From Dimorphilus gyrociliatus (taxonomy: Eukaryota > Animalia > Annelida), in contig CAJFCJ010000020.1 in assembly GCA_904063045.1 (NCBI GenBank), positions 1,604,916 to 1,668,915 on the forward strand: 64,000 nt of DNA. Reading direction: 5' to 3'. Position numbers and translations under genes: made by a program. The notes under the pieces were generated by a model. The model was given only the letters and a program-made list of their open reading frames with translations. It searched no databases and was not told the DNA's origin. This document shows, piece after piece, positions 53,401 to 64,000 of this stretch; within the stretch, counting starts at the first letter, position 1; the number at the start of each line of letters is the position of its first letter.

Positions 53401-53757
53401 AAGGCGGCAATCGATACGTTTAGCTGCTTCACGCTGTTAAAAGTCTCTCTTCTCTATCACCTGCACTAAACTATCGTAAAAACTGACAGCTGCTCAACAA
53501 TTCGAGCCGAAATGATTAATACCCGCTTTCTTTTACCCTATCGTTTAATAAATTTTCATCTAAATAGCAATTTTTCGATGCTTCAAAATTATTTTACAGC
53601 AATCCATAGATCTAACATATTTATGCATGATAGTTAATAATTTGACTGCACATAATTTGAGTATAAACCCAAGGAGGTGAATATTACACTGCAAAAAAAG
53701 GAACTCACTTTTCACGATTCGTTCGTGGGTAGGGAGCTTGCTTTCGGTAGATGCCAT
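50480..53757 (-). CDS. PPP3CA: Calcineurin A catalytic subunit (PP2B)
   Basis: Exons 53757-53709, 53329-53126, 53062-52938, 52858-52288, 52182-51985, [51810-51745], [51589-51578], 51103-50788 and a probable last exon 50486-50480. Motifs GDIHGQ, GDYVDRG, LRGNHE, CNB-binding [16 protein letters not shown], CaM-binding [19 protein letters not shown], autoinhibitory [16 protein letters not shown]. Confidence 0.97.
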
Positions 53758-53917
53758 TTTTAAGGCAGCCCTACGATTCTGTTCAATATATCCTAGAAAA
53801 GTTCTCTTATCCGATTCATCCGACTTATTCTATGTCTGATAAACTCAAATGTCAATGCAACAACTTCCAAATATAAAATGGCGTACGAAAACTCATTTGC
53901 ATAAATCATGAGCATAG

Positions 53918-53928
53918 TGCGCATGCGT
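53918..53928. promoter_or_regulatory. NRF1-like motif TGCGCATGCGT in the calcineurin A / WDFY3 bidirectional promoter
   Basis: Motif match in the 575-nt gap between divergent start codons. YY1-like AAAATGGCG motifs are also present near 53875 and 54121. Confidence 0.45.
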
Positions 53929-54332
53929 TGCAATAGTTCTTGCCAACGCCCTGGATACGAGCATGTTTGCAACTAAAATTAATATTAGAATATTAGCTTG
54001 TCGCAGTTGAAGATTTATAAAGGTAATTTTACAGGAAAAATATGTTAAAAAAATTATATTGAATAGCTCATGAGCGCCATCTATTGGTTTCATTAACGGA
54101 AATGAAATGATGCAAATTGCAAAATGGCGCCGACTATGGAAAACACAATTATTGAATCGGCGATTTATTCTATATATGTTTTTTACAACACTTATCCAAT
54201 TGTCAATACTTCTACAAGATTGATCTAATAAATATTCGATATCTTTCATTACATCTATAACTCTTAAGTAAGACTTTACATTTTTTTTCATGCATCTTTC
54301 ATAATAATAGATCCAATTACGATAATTTAGAG

Positions 54333-57300
54333 ATGAGCAACCAGTTGGGAGTATCTCATTTGTGCAAACTTTTTGCTGATTACTGCAGACCGTCTGTTGA
54401 CAGCACCCAAGGTGTTCCAAGTCAACAGATCCTAGAAGATAAACTGTATAAAATGCTTCCGTTATTTTGCCAAACGTTTCGAGACAGCCCACCTAATGAA
54501 GTAATGAAAGAATTCAAGGATGCGCATAACTTTTGCAATCATGTCTCCAGATTGATGGTAAATCAAATTCGGCATAGAGCGGCTAAGTACAGTACGGTTG
54601 ATGCAAGTATTAAAATAGCTAACTGGTTAGAAGATGAAAGAGACCCTAGAAGCGGGGCTCTTCTTTTACGAACCCTCTTAATTCTTGCAAGAGTCGATCC
54701 AAGCTTAATCGATTGTATGTCTGCTGCTATGCTACCCTCAACTTTAGTTAAGAGCCTCTATTTGTTCTTCGATTTGCCTGTTGCCCGTGAAAATGAAGAG
54801 AAGAGAAGAGGCATGTTAAGCGTTTTCTCACAATTACTGTGCCAACTAGCAACTCAACCATCTTGTGCTGAAGAACTTGCAAAAAAGGACGATATGATTC
54901 TTCTTTTCAATACAGCAACATCTTGGTGGGAGGATTCAAAAAATAGCATGTGGCGAGTAGCTGCCAGCCAGGTCATGGCTACGTTATCTAGACATGCACT
55001 AACTTTAAATGTCATAAATCATGTACAAAAGAAAAGTTGCATCAAAGTTGCTCTAAAAAATATTCAAACAAATCAACGTAAATCGAGACCATTAAATCTT
55101 GTTGAGATGCTTATAACTATACTTGGTTTCGTTAAAGATTCAGCAAGACTGAGTCCTTTGCTGCTGGAAGATTTACGAGCTTGCCATGGATACAATGTAA
55201 TTGTTGATCTTATCCTAGCCTGTGATGCTAGAAGATCAGCTGACGAAATGGAGGAAAGCGGTCAGGCTGTCAGAACCTTAGTAATGCTTCTGGCTTCATT
55301 AGCAACATGTGGATCGGTACCACTAAGGCCAGCTCAACCGGAAACCCTATTTCAAATTCCCAACTTTGTGATGCCTCAACCATCAGGAAAGGGCCTAACA
55401 GTAAGTAACGCAGCCTCAGTTGCAGCCTTACAAACTGCGTGGGGTCGAACTACAAGTGAAAGAGTTTGCTGCTGCGTTTTAGATGCTCTTTTGACACTTT
55501 GTAGACAAGAGCATGCCAATTATTTTGTACTTGAACCACACGGAGCTCTTATTTCCCAACTAGTCGAACAAATGGCATCCAGGCCCCCGTCCTCTCAAGT
55601 GCTCCTCTTTGAACTGTTGGACTTTGTTGTCCAAGAGCTACGACATGTCCCCTCCAAAGAAATAGTCGCTCTAGGAATAGTAATTAAATCAAACGTTGAT
55701 TTTCGCACATCATTAAAAGCAATAGAGTGGCTAAGGTCCTTGTTGTCTCACGAAAATTCACCCTGTGTTGCTACCTACTCTGATACCCTAAGAGAGCTAG
55801 GTATCTTGGAGATTGCTGTAAGCATACTGAAAAACCATACAAGTAAAATTTTAGAGACTATTAAGATTGACGAAGGTGAGGAAGCAATTGCGGCGGCGTG
55901 TTGGGAGTTTGTAAAGGATCTTGTAATTGGGAAAAACAACTCAAATGCTTCCGTATTTAGAGAATGTGGCGGTACAAAATTATTAGCTGACCTACTGAGT
56001 ATTGACGATCGACGTAAGGATGCTTTAAATGTCTTAAAAGTCATTCTTCAAACTAACCCAACGGAGGAAGATATGAATGTATTAATGACATGTCTTCAAA
56101 CCGCTCCTGTAACATCTTTAAAAATTCGTACTGATGTATTAAGATGTGTTTTTGAACTGCTGAAAGAGAAGCATCGAGTCAGAACGGTATTTAGAAAAGT
56201 AAATGGCTTCGTATATGTCACATCCGTTTTAGTAGCCCTTGAAGGATGCCTCAGTGAACCCACTCGATTCCAAAATTTACAAGACGACGATCTAACAGAT
56301 TTATTTTACGCCGTCTTTTGCACCATTACCTTGGCTATGCGCTACGAACCTGCCAACGCTCGCTTCTTCGCTACAGAAGTTAGATATGCTAGTCTAACGG
56401 AAGCAATTCGATTATTGGGCTGTTTCTCATCCGAAGTCGATACACAACCGATTAAGCTCTCAGATTCACATAATATTAAAGACACTCAAATATTTACAAA
56501 TTTATTTAAAAGCTTAGACCACACCAGTGTTGCCGAAAACTTACCATCAAGAATCATTTGGGCAACACATCTATTACGTTACTTATATGATGTAGCTTTC
56601 GATGTTTTCGAAAAATCTTCGACTGATGAAAGAATTGTTCATGCTGGGGCTATTGTATCAATGCTACATTTGGTTCCAGCAATTGATAATGTTGCTTTAC
56701 AGTTTACGGCTTGTGAATTAATAAGAACCAGTGTGAATTCTGATAGAAATCAGCAGATAATGTGTGAGGCTGGTCTTAGTCATGAGTTGTTGACTCATTG
56801 TGCTAGTGCACTGGAAGACGAACAGCATCCTCTACATTTGCCATTACAATCCATCTTTGAAAGATTAAGTGCCCATGCTTTATCTCCCAGAGATTTGAGA
56901 CTATTTCTCAGATTAGGTTCACCACTTTGTTGTTCACCAGATATCGATGTAGATTTAGATGCAAAAACTGTACCTATAACTAGAGTAAAGTGCCTAGTAT
57001 CGATGACTACACCGAGAGGTTCAACGCACATTACCCCATCGTTTGTCGAGTTTGATATGCGTTCGGAGGGATTTGCTTGCTTATATATACCCAGTCTAGC
57101 TCCTCAAGGTCCATTGGCTCAATCTGTTGTCAATTCCGAGGTTCGAGTTCTTGGAGGTATGGGAACAGGAGAAAGAACCTTCCCACCAACATCTGGTTTA
57201 ACTTTTTCATCTTGGTTTTGTGTCGATAAATTTTCTGACGACAGTTCCCATCCGGTTAGACTATTAACCATTACCAGGCAAACACAAGTAGGGCAACAAA

Positions 57301-60300
57301 TGACTGATGAAGAGTGTTTGAAAATCTTGCTTCAAAAAATACGATGTCAATCCCGCTTAGAACTATTTATTAGAACGACATCATCTCAGGACGGAGCTCA
57401 TATAGAGTTGCCAGATTTTAGTGGTCAATGGTGTCACATAGGTATTGTTCTTCACCGATCAAGTATGCTTAAAAATTCCAATGTTGTTGTCTATATTGAC
57501 GGCGTTCAGGTAGCCTCAAGGAAACTTCATTATATATCCCCAACTGCTCCACAATCCTGCTCTATACATGCCTATATTGGCACATCTGTTTGTGACCGTA
57601 GGGCTGCTAAACTAGTTTGGAGGCAAGGCCCCTGTCATATAGTGGATGATGCTTTATCGTCAGCTGCTATTCAGAATATATATGATCTTGGAGCTAACTA
57701 TGTTGGTAGTTTACAAGCCGGAAGCGGTGTAGTTGTTGAAGATAAAGTATCTTTAGGTATACATGCTCATGCTATGTCGTTGATGACTTTGGCAAAAATC
57801 AGAAAAGTATACAACAGATTGGATGCAAAATTTATTGCAAAGCTTTTGGATACATCACTAAATGACAACACAACCCCTATTCGTATACTACACAATTCCG
57901 CTGGTCATTTATCGGGTTCAGCCAGAAGTCTTGGTTCAGTCTTGGTTGGCTACGTAGGTGTCAGAACTTTTGTTCCGAAGCCAGTAGCTAGAACTTTGTT
58001 ATCTGTTGGAGGAGCCGGTTTGCTCTTGGGTTTCGTTGCGCAAGCAACTGACGTCGAAGGCTTATATGCGTCAGTGAAGGCATTAGCGAATGTCCTGCGT
58101 CACGTGCCAGCTGCCAAATATCACATGGAGAGAGTTAATGGTTTTCAAATACTAGCTATGCTTCTCTCTTCAAAGCACGAATTACTTAATGGTCATATTC
58201 TTCATTTAGCTCTTGGCTTGGTCCAATGTTCCAGAGCCGCTTTTGAACATCTCCTCTGCGATTTAGATATATGGAGAAGAGCACCCACCGATTTGCAACG
58301 TCCTCTTTTTGATCGCCTGCGTGAATTAATTGCCGAGTCCATTGAACATAAATCTAATGAAAAGCTATTAAACGATCTAGTCATAAAAGTACTTCATCGC
58401 CTCCGTTACGACCGTCTTCTGCCAAAAAGCACTAGTCTTTCTATGGCTGACCTACTGAAGTTGTTGCTGCTACTTCACCCAACATCTACAAGGAGTGTTG
58501 GACAGTTCATAGTCACTACTTTACCTGCACCACTTACAGGCGATCCAAAAATTAATGAAGAGGATTTGCAAAAAGAGCCTTCAACTGACGACAACGAATT
58601 TATGCACAACATTAGAGTAAGACAGCTATTGCTACAAATTCTTCTTGATCTCCTACAATCGAAAAATAGGAGTGCAATGCGAGATAACGTGCAACGGAAT
58701 TTAGGATTCGACTGGATTCATTTACTCCTAGCTCCTCATTTGTACGAAGGAACGGTTATTTCTGGTGTCAGGATATTAATGTCACTGATCAACCAACCAA
58801 ATATATTCCTAAAATACAAAGAAGGTGGCCAAACCGGTGGATGGCTTGATGAATTAGGATCCCAAGTGCCAAAAAGAGAAGGCACGGAAGATTGGCTTCA
58901 ATTGCAGCAGCTATTGCCCCATCATTCTAACATTCCACAGTTATATTTTTTTATTTCATCATTAATGCTGGGTGATCCACCAAAATTCGACATGCCAACT
59001 AAACCTCTAGAGTTGGATACCATCTATAGCTACAGTCTCGGAATTCCCGTTGGCGCTGCCCTTCCTAAAAATGCGCCTGTAAGGGGAGAAGCTTGCATTG
59101 TTTTACTAGTCGTTCTACGAACTCAATTAAGTGTTGAAAACGTAGAAGAAGATAAAGCCAGTTTAGACATTCCGATAACGATAATGCAATTGCTCATTTT
59201 CTTGTATCATAATCACCCTGGAATAGCTAAACTTTTTATGTCCTGCCCGGGTACACTTAGTGCTTTGGCCTCCACTCTATTTCCTCTTAGACATGATGAT
59301 GAAGAACCTGCCCGAAGGCAATATCCTCAGAGCCCAGAAAGAGCAGCAACGCCAGGCTTTACGGTATTATGCTCTCATCCTGCCCGGAAATTTGTCACAG
59401 ACCTTTTGAGAACATTGATTATGGACAGTTTATCCTTGCCTCATAAAGGGCCGTCTGTATTTGACGTTTTAATCGATAGTGCCGTTCCCGACTATGCTAG
59501 TAAGAGCCAGAAATGTGAATTTTTAACAGAATTAGTTCGTTCAGTCAGTGAGCATTTAGCCAATATTAATGTCCTGGGAGATCAGTCACCGATACCGATA
59601 GCACCCGGTGGAAGCTATAGTCACCTTTGCTCGAATGTTTTCCATATTGCAGCAAGGAGTGTGGACGTTTTATGGCGAGAAGTATACATTCGACAGCCTT
59701 CAGAAATATTCGACTTTGTTTCGGCAATTGTTTGCCAGTGTAAAAGGATTTCTTCGGGTATGTCTTTAGATGGAATATATAAAAGTCTAAATAGATGTGT
59801 TCTATACGAGCTATCGAGAAGTGTAGAAAGCGAGGAGTCGAGAGAAAGAATGACTGAAAGTTTACATAGAGTTCTAGTAAACAAATCGATGCTCTTGGGA
59901 CCTGTTAATTGCGATTTTGAATCTATTTTATGCTTTTTCTATTGCGTATTGGAATTAATAATTCATCCAGACGTAGGAGTTATGGCAGGACCAGAGAGTC
60001 GATCAAAATTTTTCATACCAAAGACAACTGATAACAACGCTGACGATCGTACGATTAAGGAACTTGTTGAGTCAGCTAGGAAAGTATGGTCCGAATTATA
60101 CGCATCTAAACATCAAGTAATAGAAGAACAACATAAATTTGTTCTTTCACATAATCCAATTGAAGCATATAATGCCATAAAAGACAATGCTATCAAAAGC
60201 TGGAAATCTTACTTGGAAAAAGAACAAAAGGGAGCCTTCAGTTCTTACGAGAAACATCAAATTACTAGCAAATTTCAAATGGTACAAAAAATGGGGTCAG

Positions 60301-63300
60301 GTGTTCTTAAGAATCTAGCACCGAAAAGACAAAGTAGCAAAACTAGCGTTGTTAATGGACCTCGTCTAGCTAATAATTTTGTTGATTCATCAACCCAAAT
60401 GTCAATTGTTAAAGATGTTATTCATTGGAGAGCTAAACAGTATATACATAGCGCTGCGAACGTAGCAAAATCCGTTACCGAAGAATGGAAAGCAATAGAA
60501 AGTGAACTGCTGCTAGAAAGAGGTGTATGGGGTCCAACAAGTCCATGTCCTCTTGATAAATGGATGCTTGATCCAACCGAAGGACTTTTTAGAATGAGAA
60601 AGAAACTTATGGCAAATGATCGTTTTTATGATCATTATCCACCTCCAAACAATTCATCATCCTCTGATTCTTCAACGCCAACATCTACAACGATGAGCCG
60701 TCATCGGCCTCCTTCATCATACGATTCGAAACTTTACAAAGAAAAAAGGAAAAAGGTGAAACTTTTGCAAGACGATAAAAGGCAGGAAGAGCACTTGTCA
60801 TCCACTGTTTTCGACAACTCTCCCCTAAAAATGCTGATTGATGGAGAAGAAGATGAAGGTGAAGTTAAAGATACAGAAAATGAAAGTCTTCGTCGTTTAT
60901 TAGAGAAGAATGAAAAGATGCAACATATGTTTCGATGTGCTAGAGTGGAGGGTTTAGATGCACATGAAGGCATAATAATATTTGGTCGCGAACACTTTTA
61001 TGTAATTGACGGATTCACACTGACGAGAACGCCCCAAAGTATTGTTGATTTAGATAGTTTACCACCTGAAAGCTTTGAACCAATTGTTCCTAAAACTGGA
61101 ACAAAACCTATTGGAGAATTGTCATCAAGAACATGCGTTAAAATTGCATATGATGATATAAAAGAGATTCACGAAAGACGCTATCTGCTACAGCCAAATG
61201 CTGTTGAAGTATTTTGTACTGATGGAAGGTCTACTTTAATAGTTTGTCCTAAAACTATTAGACCACGTTTATTCGCTAAAATACAAGCCGTTGCAACGAG
61301 ATTAACAGACTCAGCTACCGAATCAGTTTCTGGGCAAAGATCCGGCACTAAAGTAGAGCCAGGTGCCATTTCATCCTTAATAGGCGAAAGATCAGTCACT
61401 CAGCGCTGGTTGCAAGGCGAAGTAACTAATTTTGAATATTTAATGTGCTTGAATACCTTAGCCGGTCGCTCCTATAACGATTTAATGCAATATCCCGTGT
61501 TTCCTTGGCTTCTTGCTGATTATGATTCATCTGAATTAGACTTGAATAATCCGGCTACTTTTCGAGATTTTACAAAACCAATGGGTGCTCAATGCCCTTC
61601 AAGATGGCAACAATTCGAGAAAAGATACAAAGACTGGGATGATACTCACAGCGATACCCCACCATACCATTACGGAACGCACTACTCTTCTGCTATGATT
61701 GTAGCTTCCTATCTAGTCAGAATGGAGCCATTCGCTCAGCACCTTGTTAGACTTCAAGGTGGCCATTTCGATTTACCTGACAGAATGTTCCATTCAATAA
61801 AAGAGGGATGGCTTTCAGCTTCCCAACACAACATGGCGGACGTCAAGGAACTAATTCCAGAGTTTTTTTATCTACCAGATTTCTTGACGAACGATAACAA
61901 ATTCGATTTAGGCTCTAAGCAGAGTGGTGTGGTCCTTGGCGACGTGGCTCTTCCTGCATGGGCGAAAAACGACCCAAGAGAATTTGTTCGAATGCACAGA
62001 GAAGCTCTTGAATCAGACTTCGTCTCGGCTAACATACATCACTGGATAGACTTGATCTTTGGTTATAAACAACAAGGAGATGAAGCAGTTGAAGCAATGA
62101 ATGTATTTCATCATCTTTTTTATGAAGGCGCTGTTGATATTGATACGATTGATGACCCTATGGAAAGAAACGCAGTTACGTCATTTATAAACAATTTCGG
62201 GCAGATACCATCCCAACTGTTTAAACGGCCCCATCCTCAAAAGAAGTTTGCAGCTCCTCCCCGACCTCTATCAGAAGTTATTCCAGGAGCATCTTACCTA
62301 ACTACGGCATCAGTTACCTTTACTGCAGGCCATTTGTACTATCATCATTTAGATAGTCTATTACCAAGTAATTATCCTGTTAAACAAGTAAAGACAGGAG
62401 TGGGCCAAATCGTAGCTCTTGACAAAGGTCATGTTTTGGCTGTCGAACAGAATAAAATACTAATACCGCCAACTTTTACAAGATACGTTGCCTGGGGATT
62501 TTCAGATAGATCTATTCGACTTGCGAATTATGATAGTGAGAGACCTATTGCTATTTGGGAAGATGTTGAAACGGGCGGTGGAGAAGTCCTTTGTGCGGCT
62601 GCTCCAAACAACAAAACTCTCGTTACGGGTGGAACCAGTTGTGTCGTTTGCGTTTGGCATATGACAACTGGGAAGGACGCTCAATTAGCTCTAAAGAAGG
62701 CTCTGTACGGTCATACAGAACCTATAACTTGTATTACGGCTTCGTCGTCGCATAATATAATAGCTAGTGGATCAAGAGACAGATCCGTTATGCTGTGGGA
62801 TTTGAATAGATTAATATTTGTAAGACAATTGCGCAACCATGCTGCTCCAGTAGCGTCAGTTTGTATTAACGAGGCAACTGGAGATATAGCCACTTGCGCA
62901 GGCACATATTTGTATTTGTGGTCAGTTAATGGTCAAATTTTAGCTTCCGTAAATACTGCTACAGGAAGAGGACAGCAAATATTATGCGTCGCGATTTCCA
63001 CTGCTAGAGAATGGGATACGAACAATGTAATTATGACAGGGAACAATGACGGTGTCGTTCGAATGTGGGCTCTAGAATATGCACAATTTCCGGACGATAG
63101 CCAATCCTCAAGTACAACTAATGCAACATCGAGTGTTCCTAAATACGAAAGTGGTGGTTTGCCTATGTCTGTCGATTCAGAACTATTAGACGCAGCCATA
63201 CCAATTAAATCACCTACTAACTCATTGACAGCGCATAGCTCTGAAGAGGACGATGGAGAGGAAGTTGAAGAATTGGCTGAAGAAGCCACTGAAGCGACAG

Positions 63301-63821
63301 ATAGTGGTAATATATCACCGGCAACTGCCGGGGATTTTGTTATTGTTGGTTCTAAACGACCGAAAGGCGAACTTAAGACTGGATTTAAATGGCAAAGGCA
63401 GTTAATATTCAAATCTAAATTGACAATGCATACAGCTTACGAAAGAAAAGATAATCAGCAACCAGCTGCAGTAACAGCTATTGCTGTTTCACGTGACCAC
63501 CGAACAATTTACGTGGGGGATTTAAGAGGCAGAGTTCACAGTTGGACTGTACCAAATGAAATAGGAAAAGGACCATCGGATCATTGGATTAAAGACGATC
63601 AAGCAGAAGCTTGCACTCAATGCAACGTAAAGTTTACGCTCTATGAAAGGCGACATCATTGCAGGAGTTGCGGTGCTATTTTTTGCGAAAACTGCAGCAA
63701 ACGTCGGATAGAGATACCAAAATTAAAAATATATAAACGAGTTCGAGTTTGTACCAAGTGTCACGATATGATCGTTAAGGAGAACGAACAGGAAACGGAT
63801 ACGCTTATGTACAATTCGTAG
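54333..63821 (+). CDS. WDFY3: WD repeat and FYVE domain-containing protein 3 (Alfy / blue cheese), 3162 aa in one exon
   Basis: N-terminus EDKLYKMLPLF...PSTLVKSLYLFFDLP. BEACH domain (YLMCLNTLAGRSYNDLMQYPVFPW, YGTHYSSA, DVKELIPEFFYLP, WIDLIFGYKQQG, FGQIPSQLF), WD40 repeats, and C-terminal FYVE (WIKD...RRHHCRSCG...RVC). Confidence 0.97.
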   Translation: MSNQLGVSHLCKLFADYCRPSVDSTQGVPSQQILEDKLYKMLPLFCQTFRDSPPNEVMKEFKDAHNFCNHVSRLMVNQIRHRAAKYSTVDASIKIANWLEDERDPRSGALLLRTLLILARVDPSLIDCMSAAMLPSTLVKSLYLFFDLPVARENEEKRRGMLSVFSQLLCQLATQPSCAEELAKKDDMILLFNTATSWWEDSKNSMWRVAASQVMATLSRHALTLNVINHVQKKSCIKVALKNIQTNQRKSRPLNLVEMLITILGFVKDSARLSPLLLEDLRACHGYNVIVDLILACDARRSADEMEESGQAVRTLVMLLASLATCGSVPLRPAQPETLFQIPNFVMPQPSGKGLTVSNAASVAALQTAWGRTTSERVCCCVLDALLTLCRQEHANYFVLEPHGALISQLVEQMASRPPSSQVLLFELLDFVVQELRHVPSKEIVALGIVIKSNVDFRTSLKAIEWLRSLLSHENSPCVATYSDTLRELGILEIAVSILKNHTSKILETIKIDEGEEAIAAACWEFVKDLVIGKNNSNASVFRECGGTKLLADLLSIDDRRKDALNVLKVILQTNPTEEDMNVLMTCLQTAPVTSLKIRTDVLRCVFELLKEKHRVRTVFRKVNGFVYVTSVLVALEGCLSEPTRFQNLQDDDLTDLFYAVFCTITLAMRYEPANARFFATEVRYASLTEAIRLLGCFSSEVDTQPIKLSDSHNIKDTQIFTNLFKSLDHTSVAENLPSRIIWATHLLRYLYDVAFDVFEKSSTDERIVHAGAIVSMLHLVPAIDNVALQFTACELIRTSVNSDRNQQIMCEAGLSHELLTHCASALEDEQHPLHLPLQSIFERLSAHALSPRDLRLFLRLGSPLCCSPDIDVDLDAKTVPITRVKCLVSMTTPRGSTHITPSFVEFDMRSEGFACLYIPSLAPQGPLAQSVVNSEVRVLGGMGTGERTFPPTSGLTFSSWFCVDKFSDDSSHPVRLLTITRQTQVGQQMTDEECLKILLQKIRCQSRLELFIRTTSSQDGAHIELPDFSGQWCHIGIVLHRSSMLKNSNVVVYIDGVQVASRKLHYISPTAPQSCSIHAYIGTSVCDRRAAKLVWRQGPCHIVDDALSSAAIQNIYDLGANYVGSLQAGSGVVVEDKVSLGIHAHAMSLMTLAKIRKVYNRLDAKFIAKLLDTSLNDNTTPIRILHNSAGHLSGSARSLGSVLVGYVGVRTFVPKPVARTLLSVGGAGLLLGFVAQATDVEGLYASVKALANVLRHVPAAKYHMERVNGFQILAMLLSSKHELLNGHILHLALGLVQCSRAAFEHLLCDLDIWRRAPTDLQRPLFDRLRELIAESIEHKSNEKLLNDLVIKVLHRLRYDRLLPKSTSLSMADLLKLLLLLHPTSTRSVGQFIVTTLPAPLTGDPKINEEDLQKEPSTDDNEFMHNIRVRQLLLQILLDLLQSKNRSAMRDNVQRNLGFDWIHLLLAPHLYEGTVISGVRILMSLINQPNIFLKYKEGGQTGGWLDELGSQVPKREGTEDWLQLQQLLPHHSNIPQLYFFISSLMLGDPPKFDMPTKPLELDTIYSYSLGIPVGAALPKNAPVRGEACIVLLVVLRTQLSVENVEEDKASLDIPITIMQLLIFLYHNHPGIAKLFMSCPGTLSALASTLFPLRHDDEEPARRQYPQSPERAATPGFTVLCSHPARKFVTDLLRTLIMDSLSLPHKGPSVFDVLIDSAVPDYASKSQKCEFLTELVRSVSEHLANINVLGDQSPIPIAPGGSYSHLCSNVFHIAARSVDVLWREVYIRQPSEIFDFVSAIVCQCKRISSGMSLDGIYKSLNRCVLYELSRSVESEESRERMTESLHRVLVNKSMLLGPVNCDFESILCFFYCVLELIIHPDVGVMAGPESRSKFFIPKTTDNNADDRTIKELVESARKVWSELYASKHQVIEEQHKFVLSHNPIEAYNAIKDNAIKSWKSYLEKEQKGAFSSYEKHQITSKFQMVQKMGSGVLKNLAPKRQSSKTSVVNGPRLANNFVDSSTQMSIVKDVIHWRAKQYIHSAANVAKSVTEEWKAIESELLLERGVWGPTSPCPLDKWMLDPTEGLFRMRKKLMANDRFYDHYPPPNNSSSSDSSTPTSTTMSRHRPPSSYDSKLYKEKRKKVKLLQDDKRQEEHLSSTVFDNSPLKMLIDGEEDEGEVKDTENESLRRLLEKNEKMQHMFRCARVEGLDAHEGIIIFGREHFYVIDGFTLTRTPQSIVDLDSLPPESFEPIVPKTGTKPIGELSSRTCVKIAYDDIKEIHERRYLLQPNAVEVFCTDGRSTLIVCPKTIRPRLFAKIQAVATRLTDSATESVSGQRSGTKVEPGAISSLIGERSVTQRWLQGEVTNFEYLMCLNTLAGRSYNDLMQYPVFPWLLADYDSSELDLNNPATFRDFTKPMGAQCPSRWQQFEKRYKDWDDTHSDTPPYHYGTHYSSAMIVASYLVRMEPFAQHLVRLQGGHFDLPDRMFHSIKEGWLSASQHNMADVKELIPEFFYLPDFLTNDNKFDLGSKQSGVVLGDVALPAWAKNDPREFVRMHREALESDFVSANIHHWIDLIFGYKQQGDEAVEAMNVFHHLFYEGAVDIDTIDDPMERNAVTSFINNFGQIPSQLFKRPHPQKKFAAPPRPLSEVIPGASYLTTASVTFTAGHLYYHHLDSLLPSNYPVKQVKTGVGQIVALDKGHVLAVEQNKILIPPTFTRYVAWGFSDRSIRLANYDSERPIAIWEDVETGGGEVLCAAAPNNKTLVTGGTSCVVCVWHMTTGKDAQLALKKALYGHTEPITCITASSSHNIIASGSRDRSVMLWDLNRLIFVRQLRNHAAPVASVCINEATGDIATCAGTYLYLWSVNGQILASVNTATGRGQQILCVAISTAREWDTNNVIMTGNNDGVVRMWALEYAQFPDDSQSSSTTNATSSVPKYESGGLPMSVDSELLDAAIPIKSPTNSLTAHSSEEDDGEEVEELAEEATEATDSGNISPATAGDFVIVGSKRPKGELKTGFKWQRQLIFKSKLTMHTAYERKDNQQPAAVTAIAVSRDHRTIYVGDLRGRVHSWTVPNEIGKGPSDHWIKDDQAEACTQCNVKFTLYERRHHCRSCGAIFCENCSKRRIEIPKLKIYKRVRVCTKCHDMIVKENEQETDTLMYNS

Positions 63822-64000
63822 TACTCTTTAAAATTATATATTTCAGTGTTAGTCTAGTCATGCTCGTTCGTGATTTTAACCATTGATTATCAGCTATAGT
63901 TCAGTTGCATCTGTTAAGTCCCTTTGCACAAAAACAAAACTTTTAATTTAATAATTGTTTATTCCTTTTCTTTATTTAATTTTTATAGAATCGTTTTATT

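Noticed and set aside
53418-53460. Possible extra exon in calcineurin intron 1 (GCAG/GTGATAGAGAAGAG...)
   Set aside because: The in-phase reading stops after 10 codons, and the site could equally be a donor; unsupported.
55775-63412. Antisense ORFs over WDFY3 (likewise over actin, IFT74, amylase, STAMBP and GLYCTK)
   Set aside because: These are shadow ORFs expected opposite long coding exons; no independent protein features.

Overview
AT-rich eukaryotic (animal) genomic DNA from a very compact genome. Most introns are about 55-80 nt GT-AG, and gene spacing is short. The gene set and style suggest a lophotrochozoan such as a miniature annelid; this is inference, not a database result. I can support about 20 protein-coding genes, several reconstructed by hand across short introns the ORF track missed: DCAF12 (3' part), a BAR-RhoGAP (ARHGAP17/44/SH3BP1 family), GLYCTK, a C2H2 zinc-finger gene, NDUFB6, a small secreted Cys-rich peptide precursor, CRYZL1, CWC15, an MPP7-like MAGUK, INPP5E, ATP23, an uncharacterised multi-pass membrane protein, IFT74, alpha-amylase, STAMBP/AMSH, FAM13, actin, PBLD/PhzF, calcineurin A and WDFY3. 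I found no tRNA, rRNA, CRISPR array or intact transposon. The most interesting observations are hidden splicing structure and orphan proteins: (1) two paralogous 48-nt exons inside a zinc-finger gene intron, possibly mutually exclusive; (2) a 12-nt microexon in calcineurin A flanked by two TGCATG motifs, plus a 66-nt cassette exon; (3) a CC-C-C peptide precursor; (4) a 9.5-kb single-exon WDFY3 CDS; (5) an intron-split start codon for IFT74, head-to-head with an unknown membrane protein; (6) a GC-AG intron and a degenerate GK domain in the MAGUK.
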